From contig JAPUGI010000206.1 in NCBI GenBank assembly GCA_027292925.1, forward strand, positions 1 to 60,469: DNA of 60,469 nucleotides. Reading direction: 5' to 3'. The notes under the pieces are model-generated. The model saw only the letters and a program-made list of their open reading frames with translations. It was not told the DNA's origin and did no database searches. Shown here piece by piece: positions 27,241-37,345 of this stretch (the first letter of the stretch is position 1; each line of letters opens with the position of its first letter). The position numbers and the translations under genes are program-made. This DNA is from Gammaproteobacteria bacterium (GTDB lineage Bacteria; Pseudomonadota; Gammaproteobacteria; Pseudomonadales; Azotimanducaceae).

Positions 27241-28170
27241 ATGAGTAAACTGGCATATGTGTTTCCTGGCCAGGGTTCCCAAAAAGTTGGCATGTTGGGG
27301 GACGCGGAGTCTGCATTGGCGGCAACCTTCGAAGAAGCCTCTGCGGTTCTTGGGTATGACTTGTGGACGTTGGTACAGGAAGGACCTTCCGAGAAGCTGG
27401 GCCGAACCGAGTTTACCCAGCCTGCACTGTTAACAGCTTCAGTTGGTCTCTGGCGCCTGGCTTTGGAAAAAGGTGTATCCGTTCCCCATGTCGTTGCAGG
27501 TCATAGCCTTGGCGAATATTCCGCACTGGTTGCGGCGTCAGTCTTGAAATTTTCTGACGCTGTCTCTCTTGTCTCGAAACGTGGCCAGTTTATGCAAAAT
27601 GCGGTACCCGTTGGTGAGGGCGGAATGGTGGTAGTCCTTGGCCTTAAAGATGAAGAGGTGAAGGCTATCTGTGCCGATCTTTCCGGCAGCAAAATCGTAC
27701 AGGCAGCTAACTTTAATGCACCTGGACAGGTCGTTATCGCAGGGGAAAACGAGGCGTTGGATGCAGTTGTCGAAGCGTGTAAAGAGGCTGGGGCGAAGCG
27801 CACTATGTCGTTGTCCGTAAGCGCACCGTTTCACAGCGCGTTGATGCAACCTGCCGCAGACCAGATGGAAGATGCGCTTGCCGGGGTTTCATTGAACGCC
27901 CCGCAAATCCGGATTGTTCAGAATGTCGATGCAGACTTTTGCGATGATCCTGAAAACATCCGTAAAAATCTCGTGAAGCAGATGTACAGCGCCGTCTTAT
28001 GGACCGATACGATCATAAAGATCGCGGCAGATGGTGTGTCAAGAATAATTGAATGTGGACCCGGCAGGGTTCTTTCTGGTTTGAATCGACGTATCGATAA
28101 GTCGCTGGTTTCCTATACCATCAATTCACTCGATTCGCTCAATTCAGTCATGGGGGAGTTGTCCAGGTGA
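27241..28170 (+). CDS. fabD: Malonyl-CoA:ACP transacylase
   Basis: 309 aa. Motifs: FPGQGSQKVGM, the GHSLGEYSAL active-site Ser motif, and NAPGQVVIAG. Confidence 0.95.
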   Translation: MSKLAYVFPGQGSQKVGMLGDAESALAATFEEASAVLGYDLWTLVQEGPSEKLGRTEFTQPALLTASVGLWRLALEKGVSVPHVVAGHSLGEYSALVAASVLKFSDAVSLVSKRGQFMQNAVPVGEGGMVVVLGLKDEEVKAICADLSGSKIVQAANFNAPGQVVIAGENEALDAVVEACKEAGAKRTMSLSVSAPFHSALMQPAADQMEDALAGVSLNAPQIRIVQNVDADFCDDPENIRKNLVKQMYSAVLWTDTIIKIAADGVSRIIECGPGRVLSGLNRRIDKSLVSYTINSLDSLNSVMGELSR

Positions 28171-28907
28171 ATGAGGCTCCGGAAAACAGGGTTGCCATCG
28201 TCACAGGCGCTAGCAGGGGTATTGGCAAAGGTATTGCTCAATTGTTGGCACAGCAGGGAATGGAAGTTATTGGTACGGCGACCTCTGAGACTGGGGCACA
28301 GACCATATCGGAGTTGTTGGGCAGTAACGGCAAGGGATACCTTCTGGATGTTGCAAGTCCTGATTCAATAGACACCTTCTTCGCTGCTATCAAGAACATC
28401 CACGCCGCACCTTTAGTGCTGGTCAATAATGCAGGCGTTACACGGGATAACATCGCATTGAGAATGAAAGAAGAGGAATGGAATTCAGTTATAAATACCG
28501 ATCTTGGTTCAGTTTATCGCGTAACGAAGGCATGTTTGAGAGGCATGACCAAAGCACGGTGGGGACGCGTTATCAATATCAGTTCTGTCGTAGCAAGTTC
28601 GGGAAATCCCGGGCAGAGTAACTACGCGGCAGCGAAAGCTGGTATGGAAGGATACAGCCGGTCCCTGGCTGCAGAATTAGGCTCACGAGGTATTACAGTC
28701 AACTGTATTGCGCCGGGATTTATCGCCACCGACATGACCAATCTGTTACCCGAGGAGCAAAAAGAGTTGCTGCTTGCCAGAATACCTGCTCGTCGGCTCG
28801 GGGAAGTGGGAGAAGTGGCAGCGCTTGTAGCCTTTCTTGCCAGTGATGCTGCAGGGTATATCACTGGCGAAACCATCCATATCAACGGTGGAATGTATAT
28901 GAATTAA
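28167..28907 (+). CDS. fabG: 3-oxoacyl-ACP reductase
   Basis: 246 aa with a GTG start overlapping the fabD stop. Motifs: VTGASRGIGKGIA, NNAGVTRDN, YAAAKAG. Confidence 0.95.
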   Translation: MNEAPENRVAIVTGASRGIGKGIAQLLAQQGMEVIGTATSETGAQTISELLGSNGKGYLLDVASPDSIDTFFAAIKNIHAAPLVLVNNAGVTRDNIALRMKEEEWNSVINTDLGSVYRVTKACLRGMTKARWGRVINISSVVASSGNPGQSNYAAAKAGMEGYSRSLAAELGSRGITVNCIAPGFIATDMTNLLPEEQKELLLARIPARRLGEVGEVAALVAFLASDAAGYITGETIHINGGMYMN

Positions 28908-29018
28908 CAGATCCTCTGTTATAGATATATCGCCGGAAAAGTACTTGATACCGTAACTGGCATTTCATTAAACTAGCGCAGCTTGACTGCAATTACATAG
29001 GTAGGAGTAAACCGAAGC

Positions 29019-29252
29019 ATGAGTACCATAGTAGAACGAGTGACGAAACTGGTGTGTGAACAGTTGGGAGTTAAAGAGGATGAAGTAACGCAGGAAGCTT
29101 CCTTTGTGGAAGATCTTGGTGCGGATTCTCTTGACACCGTCGAACTTGTCATGGCGCTTGAGGAAGAATTCGAGACAGAAATTCCCGATGAAGACGCGGA
29201 AAAAATCACTACAGTTAAGGAAGCAATCGACTATATTGAAGCTCATTCATAA
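29019..29252 (+). CDS. acpP: Acyl carrier protein
   Basis: 77 aa starting [18 protein letters not shown], with the phosphopantetheine site in [19 protein letters not shown]. Confidence 0.97.
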   Translation: MSTIVERVTKLVCEQLGVKEDEVTQEASFVEDLGADSLDTVELVMALEEEFETEIPDEDAEKITTVKEAIDYIEAHS

Positions 29253-29295
29253 TCGTCCAATTCAAACAGCCCTGGGCGGCTTTATGTAAAAAGTA

Positions 29296-29332
29296 AAACC
29301 GCATTTACTCCGGTGAATGCGGTTTTTATTTG
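29296..29332 (+). terminator. Rho-independent terminator/attenuator after acpP
   Basis: AAACCGCATT-tactccggtg-AATGCGGTTT forms a perfect 10-bp stem followed by TTTTATTT. Confidence 0.75.
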
Positions 29333-29347
29333 TCGTAGGAGAACGTT

Positions 29348-30586
29348 TTGAATAATCGAAGAGTCGTTGTTACTGGTCTCGGCATGATCACGCCGCTCGG
29401 TTCAACTCTCAAAGATTCCTGGGAAGGACTGCTGGCGGGAAGGAGCGGCATCTCTCCCATTACAACCTTTGATACCGAAGCATTTCCTGTTCGTTTTGGC
29501 GGCTCTGTTCCGGAGTTCGACATCACTGAGTACCTCCCGGCAAAGGAAGCCAGAAGAATGGATGGCTTCATCCAGTTTGGTATGGTCACTGGCATTCAGG
29601 CCATGGTTGACGCGGGGCTTGAAGTAACAGATGAAAATAGTCATCGTATTGGCGTCGCGGTTGGTTCAGGTATTGGCGGCATTGTAACCATTGAAACTTG
29701 TCATGAAGTGGTGTTAAACAGGGGACCATCCCGTGTCTCTCCGTTTTTTGTACCGTCATGCATCATCAATATGATTGCTGGTCATCTATCCATTAAGTTC
29801 GGCCTGAAAGGGCCAAATATAGCAATTACTACTGCCTGCACAACGGGTGTACACAATATCGGTATTGCAGCGCGGATGATTGCACATGGAGATGCCGATG
29901 CCATGCTCGCCGGTGGTGGGGAAAAATCCACATCACCAACGACTATCGCGGGTTTTGCGGCAATGAAGGCTTTATCCACTCGAAACGATGAGCCTGAGCT
30001 TGCCAGTCGGCCCTGGGACAAAGACAGGGATGGATTCGTTCTCAGTGACGGTGCCGCAGTTATGATCCTGGAAGAATACGAACATGCAAAAGCGCGTGAT
30101 GCAAACATCTATTGTGAAGTAGCAGGTTTCGGTATGAGTGCGGATGCAAGCCATATGACGTCTCCTGCAGAAAATGGTGCTGGCGGTGTCATGTCGATGA
30201 AAAATGCTATTGCCGACGCCGCAATAGATGTCTCTGAGATTGGCTACATCAACGCCCATGGAACATCAACACCGTTGGGTGATGTGGCTGAAACCATAGC
30301 AATCAAGACCACTATGGGACGCCACGCGTCTAAGGTTGCAGTTAGTTCCACAAAATCCATGATAGGCCATGCTCTGGGTGCTGCCGGTTCCATCGAAGCG
30401 GTAATTTCGGTACTTGCTCTTAGAGACCAGGTAGCACCACCCACAATCAATCTTGACAATCCCAGCGATGATTGCGACCTGGATTATGTACCCCATACGG
30501 CCAGGGAGATGAGGCTTGGCGTCACCTTAACCAATTCATTTGGATTCGGTGGCACCAACGGCACATTGATCTTCAAGAAAATTTAG
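29348..30586 (+). CDS. fabF: 3-oxoacyl-ACP synthase II
   Basis: 412 aa with a TTG start. The active-site Cys is in ITTACTTG, with HGTSTP and GHALGAAG His motifs. Confidence 0.95.
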   Translation: MNNRRVVVTGLGMITPLGSTLKDSWEGLLAGRSGISPITTFDTEAFPVRFGGSVPEFDITEYLPAKEARRMDGFIQFGMVTGIQAMVDAGLEVTDENSHRIGVAVGSGIGGIVTIETCHEVVLNRGPSRVSPFFVPSCIINMIAGHLSIKFGLKGPNIAITTACTTGVHNIGIAARMIAHGDADAMLAGGGEKSTSPTTIAGFAAMKALSTRNDEPELASRPWDKDRDGFVLSDGAAVMILEEYEHAKARDANIYCEVAGFGMSADASHMTSPAENGAGGVMSMKNAIADAAIDVSEIGYINAHGTSTPLGDVAETIAIKTTMGRHASKVAVSSTKSMIGHALGAAGSIEAVISVLALRDQVAPPTINLDNPSDDCDLDYVPHTAREMRLGVTLTNSFGFGGTNGTLIFKKI

Positions 30587-30588
30587 TG

Positions 30589-31638
30589 ATGCGCCTGTCG
30601 AACAAAATCCTGTTGGCGGGTATCGCGTTTGTGATCGTTATTTCGGCATCACTGTCTGCCTATATCAATAAAGAACTGAACCGGTCGATTGCAATTTCCG
30701 GTTCGACATACTTCGAAGTGAAAAAGGGCGCTACCATTGGCTCCATCGCTCATTATTTAAATGAACTTGACTTACTGCCCATCAGCACCAGGTTGTTTAG
30801 ATACTACGGCGTGGTTACGTCGGGTGCTGGTTCGATTAAGGCCGGTGAATATGAACTAGTTCCAGGGATGAACGTTAAGGACCTGTTGCTGCTTGTTCGA
30901 TCTGGAAAAGTCAGGCAGAGGCAAATTACTTTTCTGGAAGGATGGACTTTCCGGCAATGGCGTGACTATCTACGAGGGAAGTCGGATATAAACCAAACGC
31001 TTGAGCCAGAAACAGATCGCGGCGTGATGAAATTGTTGGGGAAGCCTCGGCTCCATCCTGAAGGCCAGTTCTTTCCGGACACATATCATTATATAAAAGG
31101 TGAGAATGATATTGAAATATTGCGCCGAGCCCACAAAAAACTGGAATCAGTAATGGAACAGCAATGGCAATCCAGGACTATTGGTGATGTTTTGCAAAAT
31201 CCTTATGAGGCTCTTATCCTTGCTTCCATCGTTGAAAAAGAAACAGGCTATAGCCCTGACCGAAGTCGCGTCGCCAGGGTATTTTTGAACCGGTTAGGGA
31301 AAAATATTCGACTGCAGTCAGACCCGACGGTTATCTATGGTCTGGGCGATAATTTTGATGGTAATTTGCGTAGAGCTCACTTGAATGAACCACACCCTTA
31401 TAATACCTATGTCAATGAAGCATTACCGCCAACCCCGATTTGTATGCCTGGTATGGCCGCGATACAGGCGACGTTACGGGCTGAACCGGGGGCCTTTTTG
31501 TTCTTTGTAGCCAGGGGTGACGGCAGTAGTTATTTTTCGTTAAATCTCGATGAGCACAATAGGGCAGTCAATCGATATCAGAAACTCCCCTTACAAAAAG
31601 AAGGACCTACGGATGGCTACAGGAGTTCTCGCCCATGA
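30589..31638 (+). CDS. mltG: Endolytic murein transglycosylase MltG (YceG)
   Basis: I start at ATG 30589 (MRLSNKILLAGIAF..., a TM anchor). The track start at 30472 would overlap fabF by 115 nt. YceG blocks: LASIVEKETG, LQSDPTVIYG, YNTY. Confidence 0.9.
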   Translation: MRLSNKILLAGIAFVIVISASLSAYINKELNRSIAISGSTYFEVKKGATIGSIAHYLNELDLLPISTRLFRYYGVVTSGAGSIKAGEYELVPGMNVKDLLLLVRSGKVRQRQITFLEGWTFRQWRDYLRGKSDINQTLEPETDRGVMKLLGKPRLHPEGQFFPDTYHYIKGENDIEILRRAHKKLESVMEQQWQSRTIGDVLQNPYEALILASIVEKETGYSPDRSRVARVFLNRLGKNIRLQSDPTVIYGLGDNFDGNLRRAHLNEPHPYNTYVNEALPPTPICMPGMAAIQATLRAEPGAFLFFVARGDGSSYFSLNLDEHNRAVNRYQKLPLQKEGPTDGYRSSRP

Positions 31639-32258
31639 GAGGCCGGTTTATTACCATTGAGGGGGTAGAAGGCGTTGGTAAATCGACCAACATTGCGTTT
31701 ATCCAGTCAATATTAGACGGCAATGGCATTCCATTTCTGGCGACTCGTGAACCTGGTGGTACTGAACTCGGAGAAGGGATTCGCAAGCTGCTCCTAGACA
31801 AGAGGCAGCGCGGCATGACTGCGGTGACTGAATTGTTGCTGCTGTTTGCCGCCAGAGCTCAACACGTCGAGCAGGTGATTAAACCGGCGCTGGCAGTCGG
31901 CCAGTGGGTTATTTGCGACCGCTTTACAGACTCAAGCTATGCCTACCAGGGAGGTGGCCGTGAGTTACCAATTGAACTGATCACCAGCCTCGAGAAACTG
32001 GCAATAAATGACTTTCGACCTGACTGCACGTTTATTCTAGACATGCCGGTGGAAACGGGTTTGTCACGGGCTGAAAACATTGGTGAAAAGGATCGCTTTG
32101 AAAGCGAGCAGACCGAGTTTTTCAACCGGGTCAGGGAGGTCTTCATCACTCGAGCGAAAGAAGATAAGCGATTTCATATTGTGGATGCCGCACAGGATCT
32201 TGAACAGGTCCAGGCGGAAATTCGTGACGTTCTCATTCCCCTGATGGACGGGCACTGA
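31635..32258 (+). CDS. tmk: Thymidylate kinase
   Basis: 207 aa with the P-loop FITIEGVEGVGKST and DRFTDSSYAYQG. Its start overlaps the mltG stop as ATGA. Confidence 0.92.
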   Translation: MRGRFITIEGVEGVGKSTNIAFIQSILDGNGIPFLATREPGGTELGEGIRKLLLDKRQRGMTAVTELLLLFAARAQHVEQVIKPALAVGQWVICDRFTDSSYAYQGGGRELPIELITSLEKLAINDFRPDCTFILDMPVETGLSRAENIGEKDRFESEQTEFFNRVREVFITRAKEDKRFHIVDAAQDLEQVQAEIRDVLIPLMDGH

Positions 32259-32270
32259 TGGTAAACGACC

Positions 32271-33299
32271 ATGAGTGAACTGGAACTTCCCCGGGCTCGC
32301 TACCTGCCGTGGCAACAATTACAAAAAGAAAGATTGCAGCAGCAGATCACTGCCAACAGGTTGCCTCATGCGCTTCTTTTTTCGGGGATCAAAGACATCG
32401 GCAAAAAGGATTTCGCTTTTGCGTTCGGTGCGCAACTGCTATGTACCCGGCCCGGCGGTGGAAGTGCTTGCAATCAATGTTCATCATGTCACCTTTTGAA
32501 TGCGAGTACGCACCCGGACCTGAGGTTAGTGCGCCCTGAGGAATCAAAGTTAATCGTGATTGAACAGATTCGGGATCTTACAGAATGGGTAGTACAGACC
32601 GCCCAACAGGGAGGATGTAAAGTCTGCATCTTGTTCCCTGCGGAGCAAATGAATGTGCAATCTGCCAATGCGCTGCTGAAATGCCTGGAAGAACCAGGTC
32701 CGGATACTTTTTTTATTCTCGTTACGGACCAGCCGGGGCGCCTCCTTCCTACTGTTAGAAGCCGCTGCCAGCGGGTTGAATTCCAGGTGCCCCACGAGGA
32801 AGAGGCGATCCCGTGGCTGCAATCCTGTTCTGACTCTGATGTGGACATCTCTCTGCTTCTGGCGCTGGCTGCAGGTGCGCCAATGAAGGTGGTGAAGCAA
32901 TTTGACGGCGATTACCTGAACAGAAGAGCACGGATCATGGGTGCTACCGATGGTCTGATCCAGGGCAAGGTTACGGCGGTAGCTGCTGCAGCGAGTCTGC
33001 TAAGTAAAGAATATCCGGTTGAGATCTATGATGTGTTGTATGGTCTTTTTTCAGATGCCCTAAAGCTGACTCTATCAAGTTCAAATAATACCTTAATAAA
33101 CAAAGACATGGAGTCGTTTATTAATGTCATTAGTAACAAATTTAGCTGCACGGCAATGCTGTTGGTTATCGACTGTGTAAATATGTGTCGACGTGCGGTA
33201 ACCGGTAGTTCCAACCCCAACCCGACGCTACTGCTGGAATCATTGTTGATCAAGTTGGATGAGCTAGCTAGTTCCGAAGGATCTAATAATAGAGTTTAG
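32271..33299 (+). CDS. holB: DNA polymerase III delta' subunit
   Basis: 342 aa. Motifs: LPHALLFSGIKDIGK, the Zn module CNQCSSCHLLNASTHPDL, NALLKCLEEP and RSRCQ. Confidence 0.87.
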   Translation: MSELELPRARYLPWQQLQKERLQQQITANRLPHALLFSGIKDIGKKDFAFAFGAQLLCTRPGGGSACNQCSSCHLLNASTHPDLRLVRPEESKLIVIEQIRDLTEWVVQTAQQGGCKVCILFPAEQMNVQSANALLKCLEEPGPDTFFILVTDQPGRLLPTVRSRCQRVEFQVPHEEEAIPWLQSCSDSDVDISLLLALAAGAPMKVVKQFDGDYLNRRARIMGATDGLIQGKVTAVAAAASLLSKEYPVEIYDVLYGLFSDALKLTLSSSNNTLINKDMESFINVISNKFSCTAMLLVIDCVNMCRRAVTGSSNPNPTLLLESLLIKLDELASSEGSNNRV

Positions 33300-33359
33300 A
33301 TTGCTTGTAGGCAGGGCATCAGGCAGAATTTCCCTCGATTAAAGTTTTGAGTAGGCTGA

Positions 33360-33716
33360 ATGGCTAAATTAGCGAGAGGCGGTGCCAAGAAGACCATGAT
33401 CGCATTGACGATCAAGGATAAGGTCGTCTTACACAACTACTATATGCCTTTTATCAAAAATGGCGGATTGTTCATTGCTAACCGTACTGAATACGAACTA
33501 GGTGATGACGTGTTCATCCTTCTCAATCTCATGGACGAATCAGAGAAAATTCCCGTGGCTGGGAAAGTTGTATGGATTGCCAAGAAAGGCGTAAAGAGTC
33601 CTCACACGCCTGGAGTGGGTATACAGTTTAGTGATCCAGATAATATCGCCAAAGATAAGATCGAGACTTACCTCGCGGGTTCTCTCGGTTCCGCTAATGC
33701 CACCGCAACCATGTAG
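33360..33716 (+). CDS. pilZ: Type IV pilus assembly protein PilZ
   Basis: 118 aa. LTIKDKVVLHNYYMPFIKNGGLFI...LLNLMDESEKIPVAGKVVWI...GVGIQF...KIETYLAG is nearly collinear with P. aeruginosa PilZ as I recall it. Confidence 0.85.
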   Translation: MAKLARGGAKKTMIALTIKDKVVLHNYYMPFIKNGGLFIANRTEYELGDDVFILLNLMDESEKIPVAGKVVWIAKKGVKSPHTPGVGIQFSDPDNIAKDKIETYLAGSLGSANATATM

Positions 33717-33740
33717 CATCGATACGAGTCCGCATAATTC

Positions 33741-34484
33741 ATGACCTATTGTGTTGCGATCCGGATAGATTCCGGACTCTGTTTTGTCAGTGACTCCCGG
33801 ACTAATGCCGGTGTCGATAATGTCTCTACTTATTCAAAAATGTTCACATTTGGTCATGAGGGTGAGCGCCAGATTGTCGTTCTTTCCGCGGGAAATCTTG
33901 CGACCACTCAGGGGGTTATCGGCCAGCTAAAAAAAGACATCGAGCAGAGGGCACAAACAAATTTCCTGACCATCCCATCATTGGAAGATGCGGCTGATTA
34001 TGTTGGTGCGATCAGCCTTGAACAGCAAGAGAAACACACCGGTGGTGGCGCAAAATATGAAGCCAGTTTTATTGTCGGCGGCCAATTGTCCGCTCAAAAA
34101 CATGCTGCTTTCCTTGTTTATCCCCAGGGAAACCACATCACAACTTCAAAAGACACTTCTTTCCTGCAGATAGGAGAGAGTAAGTACGCCAAGCCCATTC
34201 TGGACAGGATTATTGGGCCTGATATTTCGCTGGAAACGGCTGCGCTTTGCGGGCTTGTCTCTATGGACTCCACCATGCGCAGTAATCTCAGTGTGGGACC
34301 GCCGATAGAAGTCCTGATGTATGAGTCGGGTAGCATGAGTGTCGAGCAGAGATATCGTTTCGAAGAATCCAGTGAATATCTCAGGCAGTTGACTTCTAGC
34401 TGGCATGATCGATTGCGGGAGGCATTCAACAACCTGCCACCGATAGCCTGGAGCAAGTCATGGGATCAGTCAGCTGAGAATTAG
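33741..34484 (+). CDS. Anbu-type proteasome beta-subunit homologue (Ntn hydrolase, T1 family)
   Basis: 247 aa. The start MTYCVAIRIDSGLCFVSDSRTNAG has the catalytic Thr directly after the initiator Met and no propeptide, the hallmark of Anbu. The gene neighbourhood contains alpha-E and cpATP-grasp genes. Confidence 0.8.
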   Translation: MTYCVAIRIDSGLCFVSDSRTNAGVDNVSTYSKMFTFGHEGERQIVVLSAGNLATTQGVIGQLKKDIEQRAQTNFLTIPSLEDAADYVGAISLEQQEKHTGGGAKYEASFIVGGQLSAQKHAAFLVYPQGNHITTSKDTSFLQIGESKYAKPILDRIIGPDISLETAALCGLVSMDSTMRSNLSVGPPIEVLMYESGSMSVEQRYRFEESSEYLRQLTSSWHDRLREAFNNLPPIAWSKSWDQSAEN

Positions 34485-35425
34485 GGTCCGCCTAATTCAT
34501 GACTGAACCAGGTGGTTGCCACCTGTTCATGGATATCGTTTAAGTCCAGTTGCACGTCATCAATAAACGCGTGCAAATTCTCACTATTTAACAACACAAT
34601 CACGTCATTTTTGTTAATCATGCGCTGTGAGCGGGTCACGCTTCTTAGCGGATGCTCGGCATTGGGCAGTGCTTCAAAACAGCGCTGTACTTCTCCCAGA
34701 CAGTGCAACACAGCGCGGGGGAACTTCTGGTCTTTGACCATGAAATCAACAACGTCCTCGCCGTTTACCCCTCGGCCCCTGACTCGCACATGTTGTCGAT
34801 ACATCTGGTAAGCGGTCAGGGACTTTAAGACATTCATCCAGAGAATATTTTCATACTCGGTGATTTCAGGATGATCAGGGTTGAGAAGGTTCAGGCATCC
34901 CACGTCAAGTATGCGAGTGGTCATGTCTGCACGCTCAAGGTTGCGGCCTATCTTGATAAAGTAATAGGCGATGTCACTGCTCATGCTACCTACCAGGTAA
35001 CCAGTAAGCTCATAGCATTGATTCATTACGTCGATAAGAAACTTATGTCGGCCATCTCGTTTAACACCGTGGTTGATATTTTTATTCAGATACAGATACA
35101 ACTCGTTAACTTTCTCCCAGGCTTCATTAGGCATAATTTCCCGGCTGGTTCTGGCGTTCTCCCTGGCCATGGTCACTGACTTTCTGATAGAACAGGACTC
35201 ATCCTCCAGCAGGAACTTGACGACATTTCGTTCGTCGGCGGAACTGAAGCGATTGGCGAATTGCTCTTCATAACCAGTGATGCTGATTAAACTTCCCCAG
35301 ATATATTTCACCTTAGGCAGGTCGAGCATAAGGTTGGTATTGACGTTGATCAGGCGTGCGGTGTTTTCTACACGTTCGATATATCGTCCAAACCAGTACA
35401 TCCTTTCTGCTACACGAGAGAGCAT
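34481..35425 (-). CDS. Alpha-E domain protein (DUF403)
   Basis: 314 aa. The N-terminus MLSRVAERMYWFGRYIERVENTARL is the characteristic alpha-E start. Its stop overlaps the Anbu stop, and the two genes are convergent. Confidence 0.8.
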   Translation of the reverse strand: MLSRVAERMYWFGRYIERVENTARLINVNTNLMLDLPKVKYIWGSLISITGYEEQFANRFSSADERNVVKFLLEDESCSIRKSVTMARENARTSREIMPNEAWEKVNELYLYLNKNINHGVKRDGRHKFLIDVMNQCYELTGYLVGSMSSDIAYYFIKIGRNLERADMTTRILDVGCLNLLNPDHPEITEYENILWMNVLKSLTAYQMYRQHVRVRGRGVNGEDVVDFMVKDQKFPRAVLHCLGEVQRCFEALPNAEHPLRSVTRSQRMINKNDVIVLLNSENLHAFIDDVQLDLNDIHEQVATTWFSHELGGP

Positions 35426-35427
35426 GG

Positions 35428-36882
35428 CTATCCGGACCTCTTTGTATCTTCAATTATCCAGGTGTCTTTGCTGCCGCCACCCTGTGATGAATTGACCACC
35501 AAGGAGCCTTTTACCAGTGCAACGCGAGTGAGGCCACCGGCGGTGACAAAGGACCTTTCGCTTTGCAGGATGAAAGGGCGCAGATCGACGTGCCTCGGTT
35601 CTATGCTGGATTCGCACAGTGTCGGTACCGTAGATAAGTTGATAATGGGCTGTGCGATATAATTTCTTGGATTCGATTTAATCAAACGTTTCATCTCTGC
35701 TGTGCGGCGCCTGCTTTCCCGGGGACCGATGTACATGCCGTAACCGCCAGATTCGTTGGCGGGTTTCACCACCAGATTTTCGATATTGGCCAGCACGTGC
35801 TGAAGATGCTTCGGCTCGGAACAAATGAAACTCGGGACATTGGGCAAAATGGGATCTTCATCCAGGTAATAACGAATCATATCCGGTACAAAGGTATAGA
35901 CCACCTTGTCATCGGCCACACCGGCGCCAGGTGCATTGGCGAGGGCGACATTACCTTTCTTCCATGCACGTATCAGTCCCCTGACGCCAAGTGTCGACTC
36001 CTTGTTGAAAACTTCCGGGTCGAGAAACTGATCGTTTATACGGCGATAGATAACATCCACCCGGGAAAGACCCTCTACAGTTTTCATGTATACAAAGTCA
36101 TCATCACCCACCAGGAGATCGGATCCTTCCACCAGTTCAGCGCCCATACGCTGAGCCAGAAATGAATGCTCGAAGTATGCGGAGTTATAAATGCCCGGTG
36201 TCAGTACAACGACTTCGGGAAAGTCTTTGGGTCTTGGGGAGATAGAGCTCAACGTATCAAATAGGTGGGTCGGATAATCATCCATGGGAAGAATGTTGTA
36301 GTCCTCAAACAGTTCCGGCAGGACGCGCTTACTGATGTTGCGATTTTCCAACATGTATGAAACGCCGGAAGGCACCCTCAAGTTGTCTTCAAGGACATAG
36401 AGGGTGCCGTCGGTGTCACGGATCAGGTCTGTACCACAGATATGTGCCCAGACTCCAAATTCAGGCATAACCCCCACGCATTCTTTGCGAAAGTCCCTGG
36501 ATGACGCCAGAATGTCACGGGGAACGACTTTGTCCTTTAGGATTTTTTCGTCGTTATAAACATCGGTAATAAAATGGTTGAGAGCGGTCAGTCGCTGTTT
36601 TAACCCAAGCTCGACCCGTTGCCATTCACTTTTCATAATTGTTCGCGGGATGATATCGAATGGCCACTCACGATCGATGTTTTCACCCTCATTGTAGACG
36701 GTAAAGGTGATCCCCATGGTCCGGATAGCTAGTTCTGCATCATGACGGCGAGTGTTCAGGTCCTTTAATGAACTTTTCTTCAGGAACTTTGCGAGGTCCC
36801 CAAGTCCATGCCGCGCCCTGTTTTTCTGGGTCAATAACTCATCATATATCTGTGGGGAAGTTTTATAGTTTTTTAATTCCAT
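35428..36882 (-). CDS. Circularly permuted type-2 ATP-grasp protein (DUF404/DUF407)
   Basis: 484 aa. This size and its pairing 2 nt upstream of an alpha-E gene is the conserved cpGRASP/alpha-E dyad. Blocks: YVLEDNLRVPSGVSYMLENR, VVKPANESGGYGM. Confidence 0.78.
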   Translation of the reverse strand: MELKNYKTSPQIYDELLTQKNRARHGLGDLAKFLKKSSLKDLNTRRHDAELAIRTMGITFTVYNEGENIDREWPFDIIPRTIMKSEWQRVELGLKQRLTALNHFITDVYNDEKILKDKVVPRDILASSRDFRKECVGVMPEFGVWAHICGTDLIRDTDGTLYVLEDNLRVPSGVSYMLENRNISKRVLPELFEDYNILPMDDYPTHLFDTLSSISPRPKDFPEVVVLTPGIYNSAYFEHSFLAQRMGAELVEGSDLLVGDDDFVYMKTVEGLSRVDVIYRRINDQFLDPEVFNKESTLGVRGLIRAWKKGNVALANAPGAGVADDKVVYTFVPDMIRYYLDEDPILPNVPSFICSEPKHLQHVLANIENLVVKPANESGGYGMYIGPRESRRRTAEMKRLIKSNPRNYIAQPIINLSTVPTLCESSIEPRHVDLRPFILQSERSFVTAGGLTRVALVKGSLVVNSSQGGGSKDTWIIEDTKRSG

Positions 36883-37332
36883 TCAGAATTCTTCTTCGAG
36901 CACCCGGTAGTCGGTTTCAACCATGCCTAGCCTGAGGTAGGTCCTTATGGCTCTTTCATTCTCCTTGTCAGCGTATAGTCGTATGCCGCAAACATCTTCT
37001 TCATTTTTTGCCAGATCGCTAACATATTGGTAGAGGCTGCTGAATACTCCCTTACTTCTGAATTCCTGGGCGACGTAGACACTTTGAATCCACCAGAAGA
37101 GACTATTACGCCAATCGCTCCATTCTCTTGTTATTGCCAGGCAGCCTGCAATTTCATCATCGAATAATGCGACAAGATAAAAGCCAAGGTCATTGTCCGT
37201 AATCATACGAGCAACACCAGATTGGATGGTATCTTCTTCGAGTTGCTTGTTCTCGGTTTCCATTGCCATGGCTTGATTAAACCTGGCAATGATAATTGTG
37301 TCTTGCAGTTCTGCTTCACGAATTTTGATCAT
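36883..37332 (-). CDS. GNAT-family N-acetyltransferase-fold protein
   Basis: I start at MIKIREAELQD (CAT 37330-37332), giving 149 aa. The track start at 37446 would overlap pepQ by 100 nt. The acetyl-CoA loop is VAQEFRSKGVFSSL. Its stop abuts the ATP-grasp ATG with a 0-nt gap. Confidence 0.75.
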   Translation of the reverse strand: MIKIREAELQDTIIIARFNQAMAMETENKQLEEDTIQSGVARMITDNDLGFYLVALFDDEIAGCLAITREWSDWRNSLFWWIQSVYVAQEFRSKGVFSSLYQYVSDLAKNEEDVCGIRLYADKENERAIRTYLRLGMVETDYRVLEEEF

Positions 37333-37345
37333 GTCCTGTACTCCT

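Noticed and set aside
30472-30588. A 39-codon N-terminal extension of mltG in the track ORF.
   Set aside because: It would overlap fabF by 115 nt. The internal ATG at 30589 sits 2 nt after the fabF stop and begins the expected membrane anchor.
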